NCBI GenBank assembly: GCA_944385165.1
Contig: CALWWF010000147.1
Location: 1 to 49,628, forward strand
Reading direction: 5' to 3'
DNA from: an uncultured Oscillospiraceae bacterium
Lineage (GTDB): Bacteria; Bacillota; Clostridia; Oscillospirales; Oscillospiraceae
Length of the DNA: 49,628 bases
The notes beneath the pieces are model-generated. The model made no database searches. It had not been told where the DNA came from and worked only from the letters and a program-made list of their open reading frames with translations. The position numbers were made by a program, and so were the translations under genes. This document shows positions 1 to 9,833 of the stretch, in pieces. Each line of letters opens with the position of its first letter. Position 1 is the stretch's first letter.

Positions 1-2
1 GG

Positions 3-590
3 GGACGCCCCACCAACCACAAGGTGTACGGGGAGGCCACGGCCATTTTGGCGGGGGACGGACTGCTCACCGCCGCCTTCCAGACCGTGGCGGAGGCAAA
101 GCTCCCCCCGGAGCGGGTGGTGGAGGCCGTGGCCTGCCTGGCCCGGGAGGCCGGCCCTGAGGGGATGGTAGGCGGCCAGGCCCTGGATATGGCCGGGGAG
201 GGCCGCGCCCTCACCCGGGGGGAGCTGGAGCTGCTCCAAAGCCTGAAGACCGGGGCGCTGATCTGTGCGGCGGCGGAGCTAGGCTGCATTGCCGCCGGCG
301 GGACGGCGGAGCAGCGCAAAGCGGTGCGCTCCTACGCCCAGTGCCTGGGCCGGGCCTTTCAGATTCAGGACGACATCCTGGACGTGACGGGCACCGCCGA
401 GGAACTGGGAAAGCCCACCGGCTCAGACCGGGCCAATGAGAAGAGCACCTTCGTCACCGCCCTGGGTCTGGAGGAGAGCCGGGAGCTGGTTCGGAAGCTG
501 ACCGGCCAGGCGGAGGCGGCGCTGGAGGGCTTTGAACGCCCGGAGTTTCTCATCCAGCTGGCCCGGACCCTGGCCCAGCGGCGGACGTGA
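3..590 (+). CDS. ispA: Polyprenyl (farnesyl/geranyl) diphosphate synthase, 5'-truncated by the window edge
   Basis: GQALD, KTGALI and second Asp-rich motif FQIQDDILD, GKPTGSD; typical position upstream of dxs. Confidence 0.93.
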   Translation, partial: GRPTNHKVYGEATAILAGDGLLTAAFQTVAEAKLPPERVVEAVACLAREAGPEGMVGGQALDMAGEGRALTRGELELLQSLKTGALICAAAELGCIAAGGTAEQRKAVRSYAQCLGRAFQIQDDILDVTGTAEELGKPTGSDRANEKSTFVTALGLEESRELVRKLTGQAEAALEGFERPEFLIQLARTLAQRRT

Positions 591-624
591 CTGGAAATGC
601 ACACAGTGTAAGAGGATAGAAACC

Positions 625-1080
625 ATGGATCATGCAGGCTTTTTAACCGGAAATCTGACTCTGGACCTGGCGATCTCCGCCTGGTTTATCGCCCAGGTCC
701 TGAAAACGCTCATCAATCTGGTGGTCAACCGCAACTTGGATTTTAAGCGGATGCTGGGAAGCGGGAACATGCCCTCCTCCCACTCCGCCTTTATCTGCGC
801 GGCGGCGGCCTCCATCGGCCAGATCTGCGGCTGGCGGGACCCCCTGTTCTCTCTGGCCGCGGCCATGGCGCTGGTGGTGATGTACGACGCGTGTAATGTG
901 CGCCGGGCGGCGGGGGAGCAGGCCAAGGTCCTCAACTATGTCCGGGAGCACTGGGAGGACCTGCCGGAGGAGTTTCGGGGGAAAAAGCTCAACGAGCATT
1001 TGGGCCATACCCTCCCCCAGGTGGTCATGGGGGCCCTGCTGGGCACCGCCATCGGGCTGGCCGGCCCTATGATCTGGTGA
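625..1080 (+). CDS. Divergent PAP2 / DUF212 membrane protein
   Basis: SGNMPSSHSA, VVMYDA..VRRAAGEQA and LGHT motifs; ATG at 625 after AGAGG; usual ispA-dxs neighbour. Confidence 0.88.
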   Translation: MDHAGFLTGNLTLDLAISAWFIAQVLKTLINLVVNRNLDFKRMLGSGNMPSSHSAFICAAAASIGQICGWRDPLFSLAAAMALVVMYDACNVRRAAGEQAKVLNYVREHWEDLPEEFRGKKLNEHLGHTLPQVVMGALLGTAIGLAGPMIW

Positions 1081-1137
1081 GCCGGGCGGCTCCCCCGGGC
1101 CTGATCGGGATGCTTTCCAAAGATGTGAGGGGTTACT

Positions 1138-2997
1138 TTGCAGGAACAACATGAAAAACAGAAAAACCATCCTATTTTGGCCCAGCTCAGCGACCAGGAG
1201 GGGGCGGCCCTGTGCCAGCGGCTGCGGGAGGAGCTCATCCAGAACGTAGCCCGGACAGGGGGACACCTGGCCTCCAACCTGGGGGCGGTGGAGCTGACGG
1301 TGGCCATCCACCGGGTGTTCGATACCAGCCGGGACCGCCTGGTGTTCGACGTGGGCCACCAGTGCTACCTGCACAAGATACTCACCGGCCGGGCCGATCA
1401 GATGGGGACGCTGCGGCAGTTTGGGGGAATCGCCGGATTTCCCAAGCCCGCAGAGAGCGTCCACGACGCCTTCATCGCCGGACACGCCTCCAACTCAGTG
1501 GCGGTGGCGGTGGGCATGGCCCAGGCCCGGGACGTGCTAGGGGAGGACTATAAGGTGGCCGCCCTCATCGGCGACGGGGCCCTCACTGGGGGACTGGCCT
1601 ACGAGGGCCTGTCCAACGGGGGCCAGTACAGCGGGCAACTGCTGGTGATCCTCAACGACAACGGGATGTCCATCGCCCAGAACGTGGGAGCGGTGGCCCA
1701 GCATTTGGCCAGCCAGCGGCTCAAGCCCCAGTATCTGAGCTTTAAACAGGGCTACCGGAAGGTGATGAACTCCTGTTGGCTGGGGCGGAAGGTCTACCGG
1801 GTGACCCACAGTCTGAAAAAGGCCCTGAAGCAGAGCCTACTCCCGTGCAGCATGTTTGAAAACATGGGCTTTACCTACCTGGGGCCGGTGGACGGCCACG
1901 ACCTGCCCAAGCTGACCCGGACCCTCCACTATGCCGCCAGCCTGAAGGAGCCGGTCCTTCTCCATGTGCGCACGGTGAAGGGAAAGGGGTACCGCCCGGC
2001 GGAGGAGAACCCGGACGCCTACCACGGAGTGTCCCCCTTTGACCCGGAGACCGGGAAGCCGCTGAAGGCCGGGGGAGAGAGCTTTTCCAGCGTCTTTGGC
2101 CGGACCATGGTCCGCCTGGGCCGGGAGGACTCTCGCATCTGCGCTCTCACCGCCGCTATGGTGGGGGGGACCGGGCTGGAGAGCTTCGCCCAGGCCTTCC
2201 CCAAGCGGTTTTTTGACGTGGGCATTGCCGAGGGCTGCGCCGTCTCCATGGCGGCGGGCATGGCCAAACAGGGGGCGGTGCCGGTGTTTGCGGTGTACTC
2301 CACCTTTTTGCAGCGCAGCTACGACATGCTCCTCCACGACGTGGCCATCGACCATCTCCATGTGGTGCTGGCGGTGGACCGGGCCGGGCTGGTAGGGGAG
2401 GACGGGGAGACCCACCACGGGGTCTTTGACGTGGCCTATCTCAACAGCGTGCCCGGGATCACCGTATACGCCCCCTCCAACTTCGCCGAGCTGGACCGGA
2501 TGCTGGAGGAGGCGGTGTGCCGGGCCGACGGGCCGGTGGCGGTGCGCTACCCCCGGGGCGGCCAGGGGGAGTTCCGCACCGACTCCGGGCCGGAGCCGGC
2601 GGTGGTGCTGCGCCCGGGGAAGGATCTGACCCTGGCGGGCTACGGCATGGAGATCAATGAGCTTCTGGGGGCGGCCCAGCTGCTCCACGACCGTGGGATC
2701 GAGGCGGAAGTGGTCAAGTGGAACCGCATTACCCCCCTTGACACCCAGGTGATTGTGAACTCGGTCCGGAAGACCGGCTGCCTGCTGGTGGCGGAGGAGT
2801 GCGTGGAGCAGGGCTGCGTGGGCGTCCGGGCCCTTGCGGCCTTGGAGCAGGCCGAGGTGTCCGCCAAGACCGCCCTGGTGAACTGCGGGCGGGGCTATGT
2901 GACCCACGGAGCGGCGGCTCTGCTGCAAAAAAGTTTGGGCCTGGACCGGGACAGCTTGTTCCGCCGGGCGTTGGAGGTGCTGGGCTGTGAGCAGTAA
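1138..2997 (+). CDS. dxs: 1-deoxy-D-xylulose-5-phosphate synthase
   Basis: GGHLASNLG, FDVGHQCY, ThDP motif GDGALTGG..NDN, DRAGLVGEDGETH. Confidence 0.97.
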   Translation: MQEQHEKQKNHPILAQLSDQEGAALCQRLREELIQNVARTGGHLASNLGAVELTVAIHRVFDTSRDRLVFDVGHQCYLHKILTGRADQMGTLRQFGGIAGFPKPAESVHDAFIAGHASNSVAVAVGMAQARDVLGEDYKVAALIGDGALTGGLAYEGLSNGGQYSGQLLVILNDNGMSIAQNVGAVAQHLASQRLKPQYLSFKQGYRKVMNSCWLGRKVYRVTHSLKKALKQSLLPCSMFENMGFTYLGPVDGHDLPKLTRTLHYAASLKEPVLLHVRTVKGKGYRPAEENPDAYHGVSPFDPETGKPLKAGGESFSSVFGRTMVRLGREDSRICALTAAMVGGTGLESFAQAFPKRFFDVGIAEGCAVSMAAGMAKQGAVPVFAVYSTFLQRSYDMLLHDVAIDHLHVVLAVDRAGLVGEDGETHHGVFDVAYLNSVPGITVYAPSNFAELDRMLEEAVCRADGPVAVRYPRGGQGEFRTDSGPEPAVVLRPGKDLTLAGYGMEINELLGAAQLLHDRGIEAEVVKWNRITPLDTQVIVNSVRKTGCLLVAEECVEQGCVGVRALAALEQAEVSAKTALVNCGRGYVTHGAAALLQKSLGLDRDSLFRRALEVLGCEQ

Positions 2998-3802
2998 AAA
3001 GATACGGCTGGACGTGGCCATGGTGGAGCGGGGCCTTGCGGAGAGCCGCCAGAAGGCCCAGGCCATGATCATGGCGGGCCAGGTGTATGTGAACGAGCAG
3101 AAGGTGGACAAGGCCGGGGCCCCCGTGACGGCGGAGCAGGACATCCGGGTGCGGGGCAAGGCCCTGCCCTACGTCAGCCGGGGCGGGTTGAAGCTGGAGA
3201 AGGCCATGGAACTGTGGCCCATCCGCCTGGAGGGGGCGGTGTGTGCCGACATCGGGGCCTCCACCGGCGGATTTACCGACTGTATGCTCCAAAACGGGGC
3301 GGAGAAGGTATATGCGGTGGACGTGGGCTATAACCAGCTGGACTACCGCCTGCGCACCCACCCCAAGGTGGTGTGCATGGAGCGCACCAACGCCCGCTAC
3401 CTCACCCGGGAGCAGATTCCGGAGCCGTTGGACTTCTTCTCCGTGGACGTGTCCTTCATCTCCCTGAACCTGTTTTTTCCGGCGGTGCGCCCGCTGCTGA
3501 AGGAGGGGGGCGAAGGGGTGTGCCTGGTGAAGCCCCAGTTTGAGGCGGGGAAGGACAAGGTGGGCAAGAAGGGTGTGGTCCGGGACCCGGCGGTCCACCT
3601 GGAGGTGCTGGAGCACTTTTTGGAGCACGCCGCCCACGGGGGTTTTACCGTAAAGGATATTACCTTTTCTCCCATTCGGGGGCCGGAGGGGAATATTGAA
3701 TATCTGGGCTATCTGTCCACCCTGCCGGGGCCGGCCTTCGGGGGAGACCTGAAGGAGCTGGTGGCCGCCTCCCACGCGCTGGACAAGGGGGAGGGCGTAT
3801 GA
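2987..3802 (+). CDS. tlyA: TlyA-family rRNA 2'-O-methyltransferase
   Basis: N-terminal S4 domain, YVSRGGLKL, DIGASTGGFTD, LVKPQFE, GNIEY. Confidence 0.95.
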   Translation: MSSKKIRLDVAMVERGLAESRQKAQAMIMAGQVYVNEQKVDKAGAPVTAEQDIRVRGKALPYVSRGGLKLEKAMELWPIRLEGAVCADIGASTGGFTDCMLQNGAEKVYAVDVGYNQLDYRLRTHPKVVCMERTNARYLTREQIPEPLDFFSVDVSFISLNLFFPAVRPLLKEGGEGVCLVKPQFEAGKDKVGKKGVVRDPAVHLEVLEHFLEHAAHGGFTVKDITFSPIRGPEGNIEYLGYLSTLPGPAFGGDLKELVAASHALDKGEGV

Positions 3803-4671
3803 GGATCATCTTAAGCTCCAACCCCTATCGGGATCGGGGACTGCGCGCCGCCCTGGAGGCGGACCGGATCTTAAAGAAGGCGGGGGCGGAGACCGTTTTG
3901 TGCCTGCCCTTCCTGCCCAAGAAGGGGGACCGGCTGGACCTGCCCCGGAACCTGTCCCTCAACCGGCTGGAGGAGGAGCTGCCCCAGGCGGACCTGCTGG
4001 TGTGCTTCGGGGGGGACGGGACCATCCTCCACGCCGCCCGGGACGCCACCCTCCACGGGGTGCCCATCCTGGGGGTGAACATGGGCAGCGTGGGCTTTAT
4101 GGCGGAGCTGGAGCGCACCGAGCTGTCCCTGCTGGTCCCCCTGGCCCAGGGCCACTTTGTCACCGAGGAGCGGATGATGCTGGACGTGCAGGTGTTCCGG
4201 GGGGGACGGAAGATCAGCCAGGATCTGGCCCTGAACGACGCGGTGTTTTCCAAGGGCTCCATGGCCCGGGTGGCCGAGGTGGAGGTGTGGGCGGACGAGA
4301 CCCTGGTGCAGCGGGTGATGGGAGATGGGGTCATCGTGGCCACCCCCACCGGCTCCACCGCCTACTCCATGTCCGCCGGAGGCCCCATTGTGGAGCCCGC
4401 GTCCCAGTGCCTGGTGGTTACCCCCGTGTGCGCCCACCAGCTCTCCTCCCGGGCCCTGGTGCTGGAGCCCACCCGCCGGGTGACGGTGCAGCTGCCCCGG
4501 GGGAACCGCAAGCACATCTTCTTGTCGGTGGATGGGGGGAAGGCCATCCGGCTGACCGGCAATGAGCGGGTGGAGATCACCCGTTCCGAGTATAAGACCC
4601 GGCTGGTACAGCTGGCCGGGCGGAGCTTTTACCAGGTCATCAATCAAAAGTTAGGAGGGTATGCCCCATGA
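3799..4671 (+). CDS. nadK: NAD(+) kinase
   Basis: GGDGT, LNDAV, DGVIVATPTGSTAYSMSAGGP motifs. Confidence 0.95.
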   Translation: MRIILSSNPYRDRGLRAALEADRILKKAGAETVLCLPFLPKKGDRLDLPRNLSLNRLEEELPQADLLVCFGGDGTILHAARDATLHGVPILGVNMGSVGFMAELERTELSLLVPLAQGHFVTEERMMLDVQVFRGGRKISQDLALNDAVFSKGSMARVAEVEVWADETLVQRVMGDGVIVATPTGSTAYSMSAGGPIVEPASQCLVVTPVCAHQLSSRALVLEPTRRVTVQLPRGNRKHIFLSVDGGKAIRLTGNERVEITRSEYKTRLVQLAGRSFYQVINQKLGGYAP

Positions 4672-5117
4672 AGCGAGCGCGTCAGGCGGAGATTTTGAAC
4701 ATCATTCAGACGGTGGACGTAGAGACCCAGGAACAGCTGCTGGATGAACTGAAGGCCCGGGGGTACTCTGCCACCCAGGCCACCATTTCCCGGGACATCA
4801 AGGAGCTGCGGCTGGTGAAGGAGCTCTCCGGCGGCGGGTACCGCTACGCCTCCTCGGAGAAAAAGGGGATGGCGGACTCGGACACGCGGCTACGGAACAT
4901 CTTTAAAGAGGGGGTCACTTCGGTGGACCTGGCCCAGAACATCGTGGTGGTGCGCACCATGCCGGGGCTGGCCTCGGCGGCCTGCTCCGCCCTGGACAGC
5001 ATGGAGATCCCCGGCATGGTGGCCAGCCTGGCGGGGGACGACACGGGCATTTTGATCATGCGGGACAACGACGCGGCGGAGCGCTTCAACCAGGAGGTCC
5101 ACAAGCTGCTCAAGTGA
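4668..5117 (+). CDS. argR: Arginine repressor
   Basis: TQATISRDIKEL helix-turn-helix and AGDDT arginine-binding motif. Confidence 0.96.
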   Translation: MKRARQAEILNIIQTVDVETQEQLLDELKARGYSATQATISRDIKELRLVKELSGGGYRYASSEKKGMADSDTRLRNIFKEGVTSVDLAQNIVVVRTMPGLASAACSALDSMEIPGMVASLAGDDTGILIMRDNDAAERFNQEVHKLLK

Positions 5118-5141
5118 CCGGGAGAGAGGAGGAGTGCGGCT

Positions 5142-6833
5142 TTGCTTTCCCTGCTTCACATTGAAAACATTGCCCTGATCCAGTCGGCGGACATCCGCTT
5201 TGGGCCGGGATTCAACGTGCTCACCGGCGAGACGGGGGCGGGCAAATCCATCATCATCGACTCCATCGGGGCGGTGCTGGGGGAGCGCACCAGCCGGGAG
5301 CTGATCCGCACCGGGGCCAAGTCCGCCCTGGTGACGGCGGTGTTCACCCAAATTCCGCCCCTGGCCTGGCTGGAGGAGAACGGCTTCCCCGCGGGGGAGG
5401 AGGAGCTCCTCCTCCAGCGGGAGCTTCAGGGGGACGGGCGGAACGTGTGCCGGGTGGACGGACGCCTGGTGACGGTGGCCCAGCTGCGGGAGCTGGGGCG
5501 GCAGCTGCTGAACATTCACGGCCAGCACGACGGCCAGCAACTCCTGGACCCGGCCAGCCACCTGGGCTATTTGGATCAGTTCGGCCGCTGCCAGCCTCTG
5601 CTGGTGGAGTACCAGGCCGCCTACAGCCAGTGGCGGGCCATTCGCCGGCAGATGGACGGCCTCCAGATGGACGAGGCGGAGCGCTCCCGCCGGGTGGACA
5701 CCCTGAACTACCAGATCCAGGAGCTGGAGCGGGCCAACCTGAAGCCCGGGGAGGACGAGGAGCTCTCCGCCCGGCGGCAGTTGCTGCGCAGCGCGGGCAG
5801 GCTGATGGAGGCGGTGCGCAGCGCCCAGTTTGCCCTGTCCGGGGACGAGGACAGGGCCGGGGCCTGCGGCCTCATCGCCGATGCGGAGGGGGAGATCCAG
5901 GGCGTGGCCTCCATCAGCTCGGAGCTCTCCCAGCTCTCTGAGAAGCTCACCGCCCTGCGGTGCGCGGCGGACGACGCGGCGGACAACCTCCGGGAGCTGG
6001 ACCGCACCTTCGACTTCTCCCCCGGGGAGCTGGACCAGGTGGAGGAGAGGCTGGACCTGCTCTACCGCCTGCGGAAGAAGTACGGCTCCACGGTGGAGGA
6101 GATGCTCTCCTATCTGGAGCAGTGCCGCCGGGAGCTGGACCAGATCCAGTACGCGGACGACACCCTGGAGCGGTTGGAGAAGGAGCTGGAAAAGGCCCGG
6201 AAGGAGGCCGTGCGCCGGGGCGAGGCCCTGTCCAAAGCCCGCCGTGAGGCAGCCAAGGCCCTCCAGGAGCGGGTGCAGAAGGAACTGCGGGACCTGGACA
6301 TGCCCAAGGTCCGCTTCCAGACGGAGTTTTCCCCCAAGGGCGGGGAGGCCGGTATGGACGAGACCGGCCTGGACGAGGTGCAGTTCCTCATGTCCGCCAA
6401 CGTGGGGGAGGCCCTCAAGCCCATCCAGAAGGTGGCCTCCGGCGGCGAGCTGGCTCGGATCATGCTGGCCCTGAAAAACGTTCTGGCGGAGGGGGACGAG
6501 ATCGGTTCCCTGGTCTTTGACGAGGTGGACACCGGGGTCTCCGGCCGGGCGGCCCAGAAGGTGGCGGAGAAAATGGCCCAGGTGGCCCGGCGCAAGCAGG
6601 TGCTGTGCGTCACCCACCTGCCCCAGATCGCCGCCATGGCGGACGCCCACTTCTCCGTGCAGAAGGGGGAGAAGGGGGGGCGCACCTACACCCATCTGGA
6701 GCGGCTGGACCGGGCAGGCTGCCGGGAGGAGCTGGCCCGCCTCATCGGCGGGGCCTCCATCACCCCCGCTCTGCTGGAGAGCGCGGAGGAGCTGCTGGGC
6801 CAGGCGGAGGCGTGGAAGACGGCCCACGAATAG
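5142..6833 (+). CDS. recN: DNA repair protein RecN
   Basis: Walker A GETGAGKS, IHGQH, ASGGELARIML, FDEVDTGVSG, VTHLPQIA; TTG start after GAGGAGGAG. Confidence 0.97.
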   Translation: MLSLLHIENIALIQSADIRFGPGFNVLTGETGAGKSIIIDSIGAVLGERTSRELIRTGAKSALVTAVFTQIPPLAWLEENGFPAGEEELLLQRELQGDGRNVCRVDGRLVTVAQLRELGRQLLNIHGQHDGQQLLDPASHLGYLDQFGRCQPLLVEYQAAYSQWRAIRRQMDGLQMDEAERSRRVDTLNYQIQELERANLKPGEDEELSARRQLLRSAGRLMEAVRSAQFALSGDEDRAGACGLIADAEGEIQGVASISSELSQLSEKLTALRCAADDAADNLRELDRTFDFSPGELDQVEERLDLLYRLRKKYGSTVEEMLSYLEQCRRELDQIQYADDTLERLEKELEKARKEAVRRGEALSKARREAAKALQERVQKELRDLDMPKVRFQTEFSPKGGEAGMDETGLDEVQFLMSANVGEALKPIQKVASGGELARIMLALKNVLAEGDEIGSLVFDEVDTGVSGRAAQKVAEKMAQVARRKQVLCVTHLPQIAAMADAHFSVQKGEKGGRTYTHLERLDRAGCREELARLIGGASITPALLESAEELLGQAEAWKTAHE

Positions 6834-6839
6834 ATGACG

Positions 6840-6895
6840 AAGGGCGGAGCGTACCATCGGGACAGGCGGTGGGCTCCGCCCTTGTTTTCTGTTTT
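6840..6895 (+). terminator. Intrinsic terminator after recN
   Basis: aagggcggagc...gctccgccctt stem followed by gttttctgtttt. Confidence 0.7.
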
Positions 6896-6964
6896 GGGGG
6901 GTGCTCCGGGTGCCGCAACAAGAAATTTTTGTCAGTCTGAAAAAGAATTCTTGTCAGGAAAAAC

Positions 6965-6993
6965 TTGCATTCTACCAGGCCGCCTGATATAAT
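6965..6993 (+). promoter_or_regulatory. Sigma-A-type promoter of the mrp-like operon
   Basis: TTGCAT-17 bp-TATAAT with an AT-rich upstream stretch. Confidence 0.8.
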
Positions 6994-7061
6994 GATTTTG
7001 TTAAGAAATGGAGCCTGTGTCCCGCTTTGGTGCGCACAGCGCCCGGAGAGGAGCACGGCCC

Positions 7062-7526
7062 TTGTTTGTTATGCTGTTTTTGGTTTGGATCGTCCTGAAT
7101 GGAAGCCTGGATCTTCCGGTCGTGGGGACTGGACTGCTGGTCTCGGCTGCCTTGTCCTGGATCTCTCATCATTTGTTACAGCTGCCGCCCTGGGGTGGAG
7201 CAGGCCAATTTGACCGCTTCCCCAGGGCGTTTTTTTATAGCTGCTATCTGATTTGGGAGATTTTTCTGGCCAATCTCCGGGTGATGGAGCGGATCCTGTT
7301 CCCCAAAAGGCGGAAAGGAGCGCCGAAGCTGACCTGGTTTGCCTCCGGCCTGAAGGAGCCGGGGCACCAGATGCTGCTGGCCAACTCCATCACCCTGACG
7401 CCGGGGACGGTCACTGTCTCCCTGAGCCGGGGGAGGCTGTGCGTGTACGCCATGGACCAGGAGTTCGCCGCAGGGCTGTCAGAGTGCGGCTTTGTCCAAA
7501 GACTGCGCCGGTGGGAGGAGAAGTGA
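7062..7526 (+). CDS. mrpE: Mrp/Mnh antiporter subunit E (MbhA-like)
   Basis: LLANSITLTPGT signature; TTG at 7062 after GGAGAGGAG. Confidence 0.88.
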   Translation: MFVMLFLVWIVLNGSLDLPVVGTGLLVSAALSWISHHLLQLPPWGGAGQFDRFPRAFFYSCYLIWEIFLANLRVMERILFPKRRKGAPKLTWFASGLKEPGHQMLLANSITLTPGTVTVSLSRGRLCVYAMDQEFAAGLSECGFVQRLRRWEEK

Positions 7527-7527
7527 C

Positions 7528-7830
7528 ATGGCGGTTTGTACTCCCCTGTTGGAAGGGATTCTGGTGGGGCTGCTGTGCGTTTTGACCGGGGTGATGCTCG
7601 CCTGTCTGGTGCGGGCGGTGCGTGGCCCCCGGTACACCCACCGGCTGACGGCCCTGAATCTCATCTGCACGGTGGTGGTGCTGATGGTGTGCATCCTGTC
7701 CTATGTGCTGGGCGCGTCCTATCTGGTGGACGTGGCGATTTTGTATGGTCTGTTGAATCTGTTGGCGGTGGCGGTGCTCAGCCGCATCTCGGTGCGCCGC
7801 CACCGGGAGAAGAGGGGGAAGAGATCATGA
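7528..7830 (+). CDS. mrpF: Mrp/Mnh subunit F (MbhB-like)
   Basis: RAVRGP...RLTALN, YLVDVAILYGLL; three hydrophobic segments. Confidence 0.85.
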   Translation: MAVCTPLLEGILVGLLCVLTGVMLACLVRAVRGPRYTHRLTALNLICTVVVLMVCILSYVLGASYLVDVAILYGLLNLLAVAVLSRISVRRHREKRGKRS

Positions 7831-8156
7831 CGGTACGGACCGCTCTGGGGGCGCTGCTGGTGGCCCTGGGGGTGCTGGTGGTGGTGATCGCCGCGCTGGG
7901 CCTGTTCCGCTTCCGGCGGACCCTGGACCTGCTCCAGGCCAGCGCCCTGGCGGATACCCTGGGCCTGTTTCTGGTGACGGCGGGGCTGGTGGTGCTGTGC
8001 GGCGTCACCGTTCACTCGGCCAAACTGATTTTGGCGGCGGTGATTTTGTGGGCGGTCAACCCGGTCTCCGCCCATTTGATCGCCCGGATGGAAGTGTTGA
8101 CTGGATTGGAGCTGGACCCGGACCAGCTTCCGGGAGAGGGGGAGCAGGAGCTGTGA
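7827..8156 (+). CDS. mrpG: Mrp/Mnh subunit G (MbhC-like)
   Basis: GLFRF...LQA..ADTLG and NPVSAHLIAR motifs; ATGA overlap with mrpF. Confidence 0.85.
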   Translation: MTVRTALGALLVALGVLVVVIAALGLFRFRRTLDLLQASALADTLGLFLVTAGLVVLCGVTVHSAKLILAAVILWAVNPVSAHLIARMEVLTGLELDPDQLPGEGEQEL

Positions 8157-8413
8157 TCGGTTTGGAGGTACTGCTGCTGGCCTTTTTGATCTTCTGCGCG
8201 GCGGCCGCCATTTTGTGCAGGCGGCTGGTGTCGGCGGTGATCATCTTTATGGCCTACTCGGCGGTGATGTCCCTGCTGTGGTTTTTGCTGGAGTCCCCCG
8301 ACCTGGCGGTGACCGAGGCGGCGGTGTGGGCCGTGGTGATCAGCCTGCTGTTTTTCCTCACTCTGCGGAAGATCAACGGATTGAAGGGGATGGAGCGGGA
8401 TGAAGAGGACTGA
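8153..8413 (+). CDS. DUF4040 / MbhD-like small subunit
   Basis: SPDLAVTEAAV motif; GTGA overlap with mrpG. Confidence 0.8.
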   Translation: MIGLEVLLLAFLIFCAAAAILCRRLVSAVIIFMAYSAVMSLLWFLLESPDLAVTEAAVWAVVISLLFFLTLRKINGLKGMERDEED

Positions 8414-9416
8414 CCGGACCCGGGAGGGGTGGTATGAGCGCTTTCTCCGCTGGGCCGGCGGAGAGGAGCCCGACGGGCCCGAGGGGCCTGAGGACCCGGA
8501 GCGGCAGGAATTTCAGGAGTATCTGGAGTACATCGACGCCCACGGCTACCTGGAGTTTGGGGCCTACCGGTTGATGCGGTGGAAGGAGCGCAAGGAGAAG
8601 GGGCTGATCCCAGACACCGCCCCGGCCCCCCACCATGAGGCGGCAAAACCGGCCCAGCCGGAGCTTCCCAAGCGCCGGCCCGGCCGCCTGCGGCAGCAGG
8701 TGAAGCTCTACCGCTTCCTCAGCGTGGCGGTGACGGCGGTGTTGGCGGGGATTTTTTTGGCGGTGGCCCTGGCCCTGCCCACCTTCGGAGACCGGTCCGC
8801 CCCCGCCGTCAACGAGGTGGCCCGGCGCTATCTGGAGCAGGGGCCGGAGGAGACCGGCGCGGTAAACGCGGTCACCGGGATGATTTTGGACTACCGGGCC
8901 TTTGACACCTTTGGGGAGTCGGCGGTGCTCTTTGCCGCGGCGGCCAGTACGATTTTGCTGTTAAACAATCCCCGGCGGCGGGTGCGCACCTTCCGGGGGC
9001 CGGACGAGCTGACCAACCTGCTGGGCCGCAGGCTGCTGCCGGTGATTTTGCTCTTTGGGGTCTACATCGTCCTCAACGGCCATCTGAGCCCCGGCGGCGG
9101 CTTCTCCGGCGGAGCGGTGCTGGGGGGCGGGCTGATTCTGGCCTCCCTGGTGCTGGGGGAGGAGCGGATGGAGCAGCTGCTGCCCAGCCGCCGCACCACC
9201 CGCGTTACGGCGGTGTGCCTGCTGGCCTACGGGGTGATGAAGGGGTACTCCTTTTTCACCGGGGGCAACCATGTGGGCTGGGACGTGCCCAAGGGGACCC
9301 CGGGGGAGCTGTTCAGCGGCGGGCTGATCCTGCCCCTGAACATCTGCGTGGGGGTTATTGTGGCCTGTACCATGTACACGTTTTATACCCTGTTTTTAGA
9401 GGGAGAGGAGGAGTGA
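8400..9416 (+). CDS. mrpB: MnhB-domain subunit (MbhE+MbhF-like) with a soluble N-terminal extension
   Basis: NAVTGMILDYRAFDTFGE and GHLSPGGGFSGG signatures. Confidence 0.85.
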   Translation: MKRTDRTREGWYERFLRWAGGEEPDGPEGPEDPERQEFQEYLEYIDAHGYLEFGAYRLMRWKERKEKGLIPDTAPAPHHEAAKPAQPELPKRRPGRLRQQVKLYRFLSVAVTAVLAGIFLAVALALPTFGDRSAPAVNEVARRYLEQGPEETGAVNAVTGMILDYRAFDTFGESAVLFAAAASTILLLNNPRRRVRTFRGPDELTNLLGRRLLPVILLFGVYIVLNGHLSPGGGFSGGAVLGGGLILASLVLGEERMEQLLPSRRTTRVTAVCLLAYGVMKGYSFFTGGNHVGWDVPKGTPGELFSGGLILPLNICVGVIVACTMYTFYTLFLEGEEE

Positions 9417-9419
9417 GCC

Positions 9420-9812
9420 GTGCTGGAGGCGCTTTTGGAGCAGCGGTACTATGTGGCGGCGGTGGTGCTGTTCAGCATCGGTTTTGTCACCTTGTTCCTG
9501 CACCCCAATTTGATCAAAAAAATCATCGGTCTCAATCTGATGGACACGGCGGTGTTCCTCTTTCTGGCGGCCATGGGCTATGTGGACGGGGGGAAGGCTC
9601 CCATCGTGCCGCCCGGGGCTGAGGCGGAGACTTATGTCAATCCGGTGCCCGGCGGGCTGGTGCTCACGGGCATCGTGGTGGCGGTGAGCACCACGGCCCT
9701 GTTTCTGGCCCTCACCCACCGGCTCTACCGGCGCTACCACAGCCTGAACCTGGATGTGATCCTGATGCTCTCCCGGGAGGGGGAGGAGGACGGGAATCAC
9801 AAAACTGCTTGA
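9420..9812 (+). CDS. mrpC: Mrp/Mnh subunit C (MbhG-like)
   Basis: NLIKKIIGL and NPVPGGLVLTGIVV motifs. Confidence 0.9.
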   Translation: MLEALLEQRYYVAAVVLFSIGFVTLFLHPNLIKKIIGLNLMDTAVFLFLAAMGYVDGGKAPIVPPGAEAETYVNPVPGGLVLTGIVVAVSTTALFLALTHRLYRRYHSLNLDVILMLSREGEEDGNHKTA

Positions 9813-9833
9813 ACGACAGGGGGGAGAAAGGCT

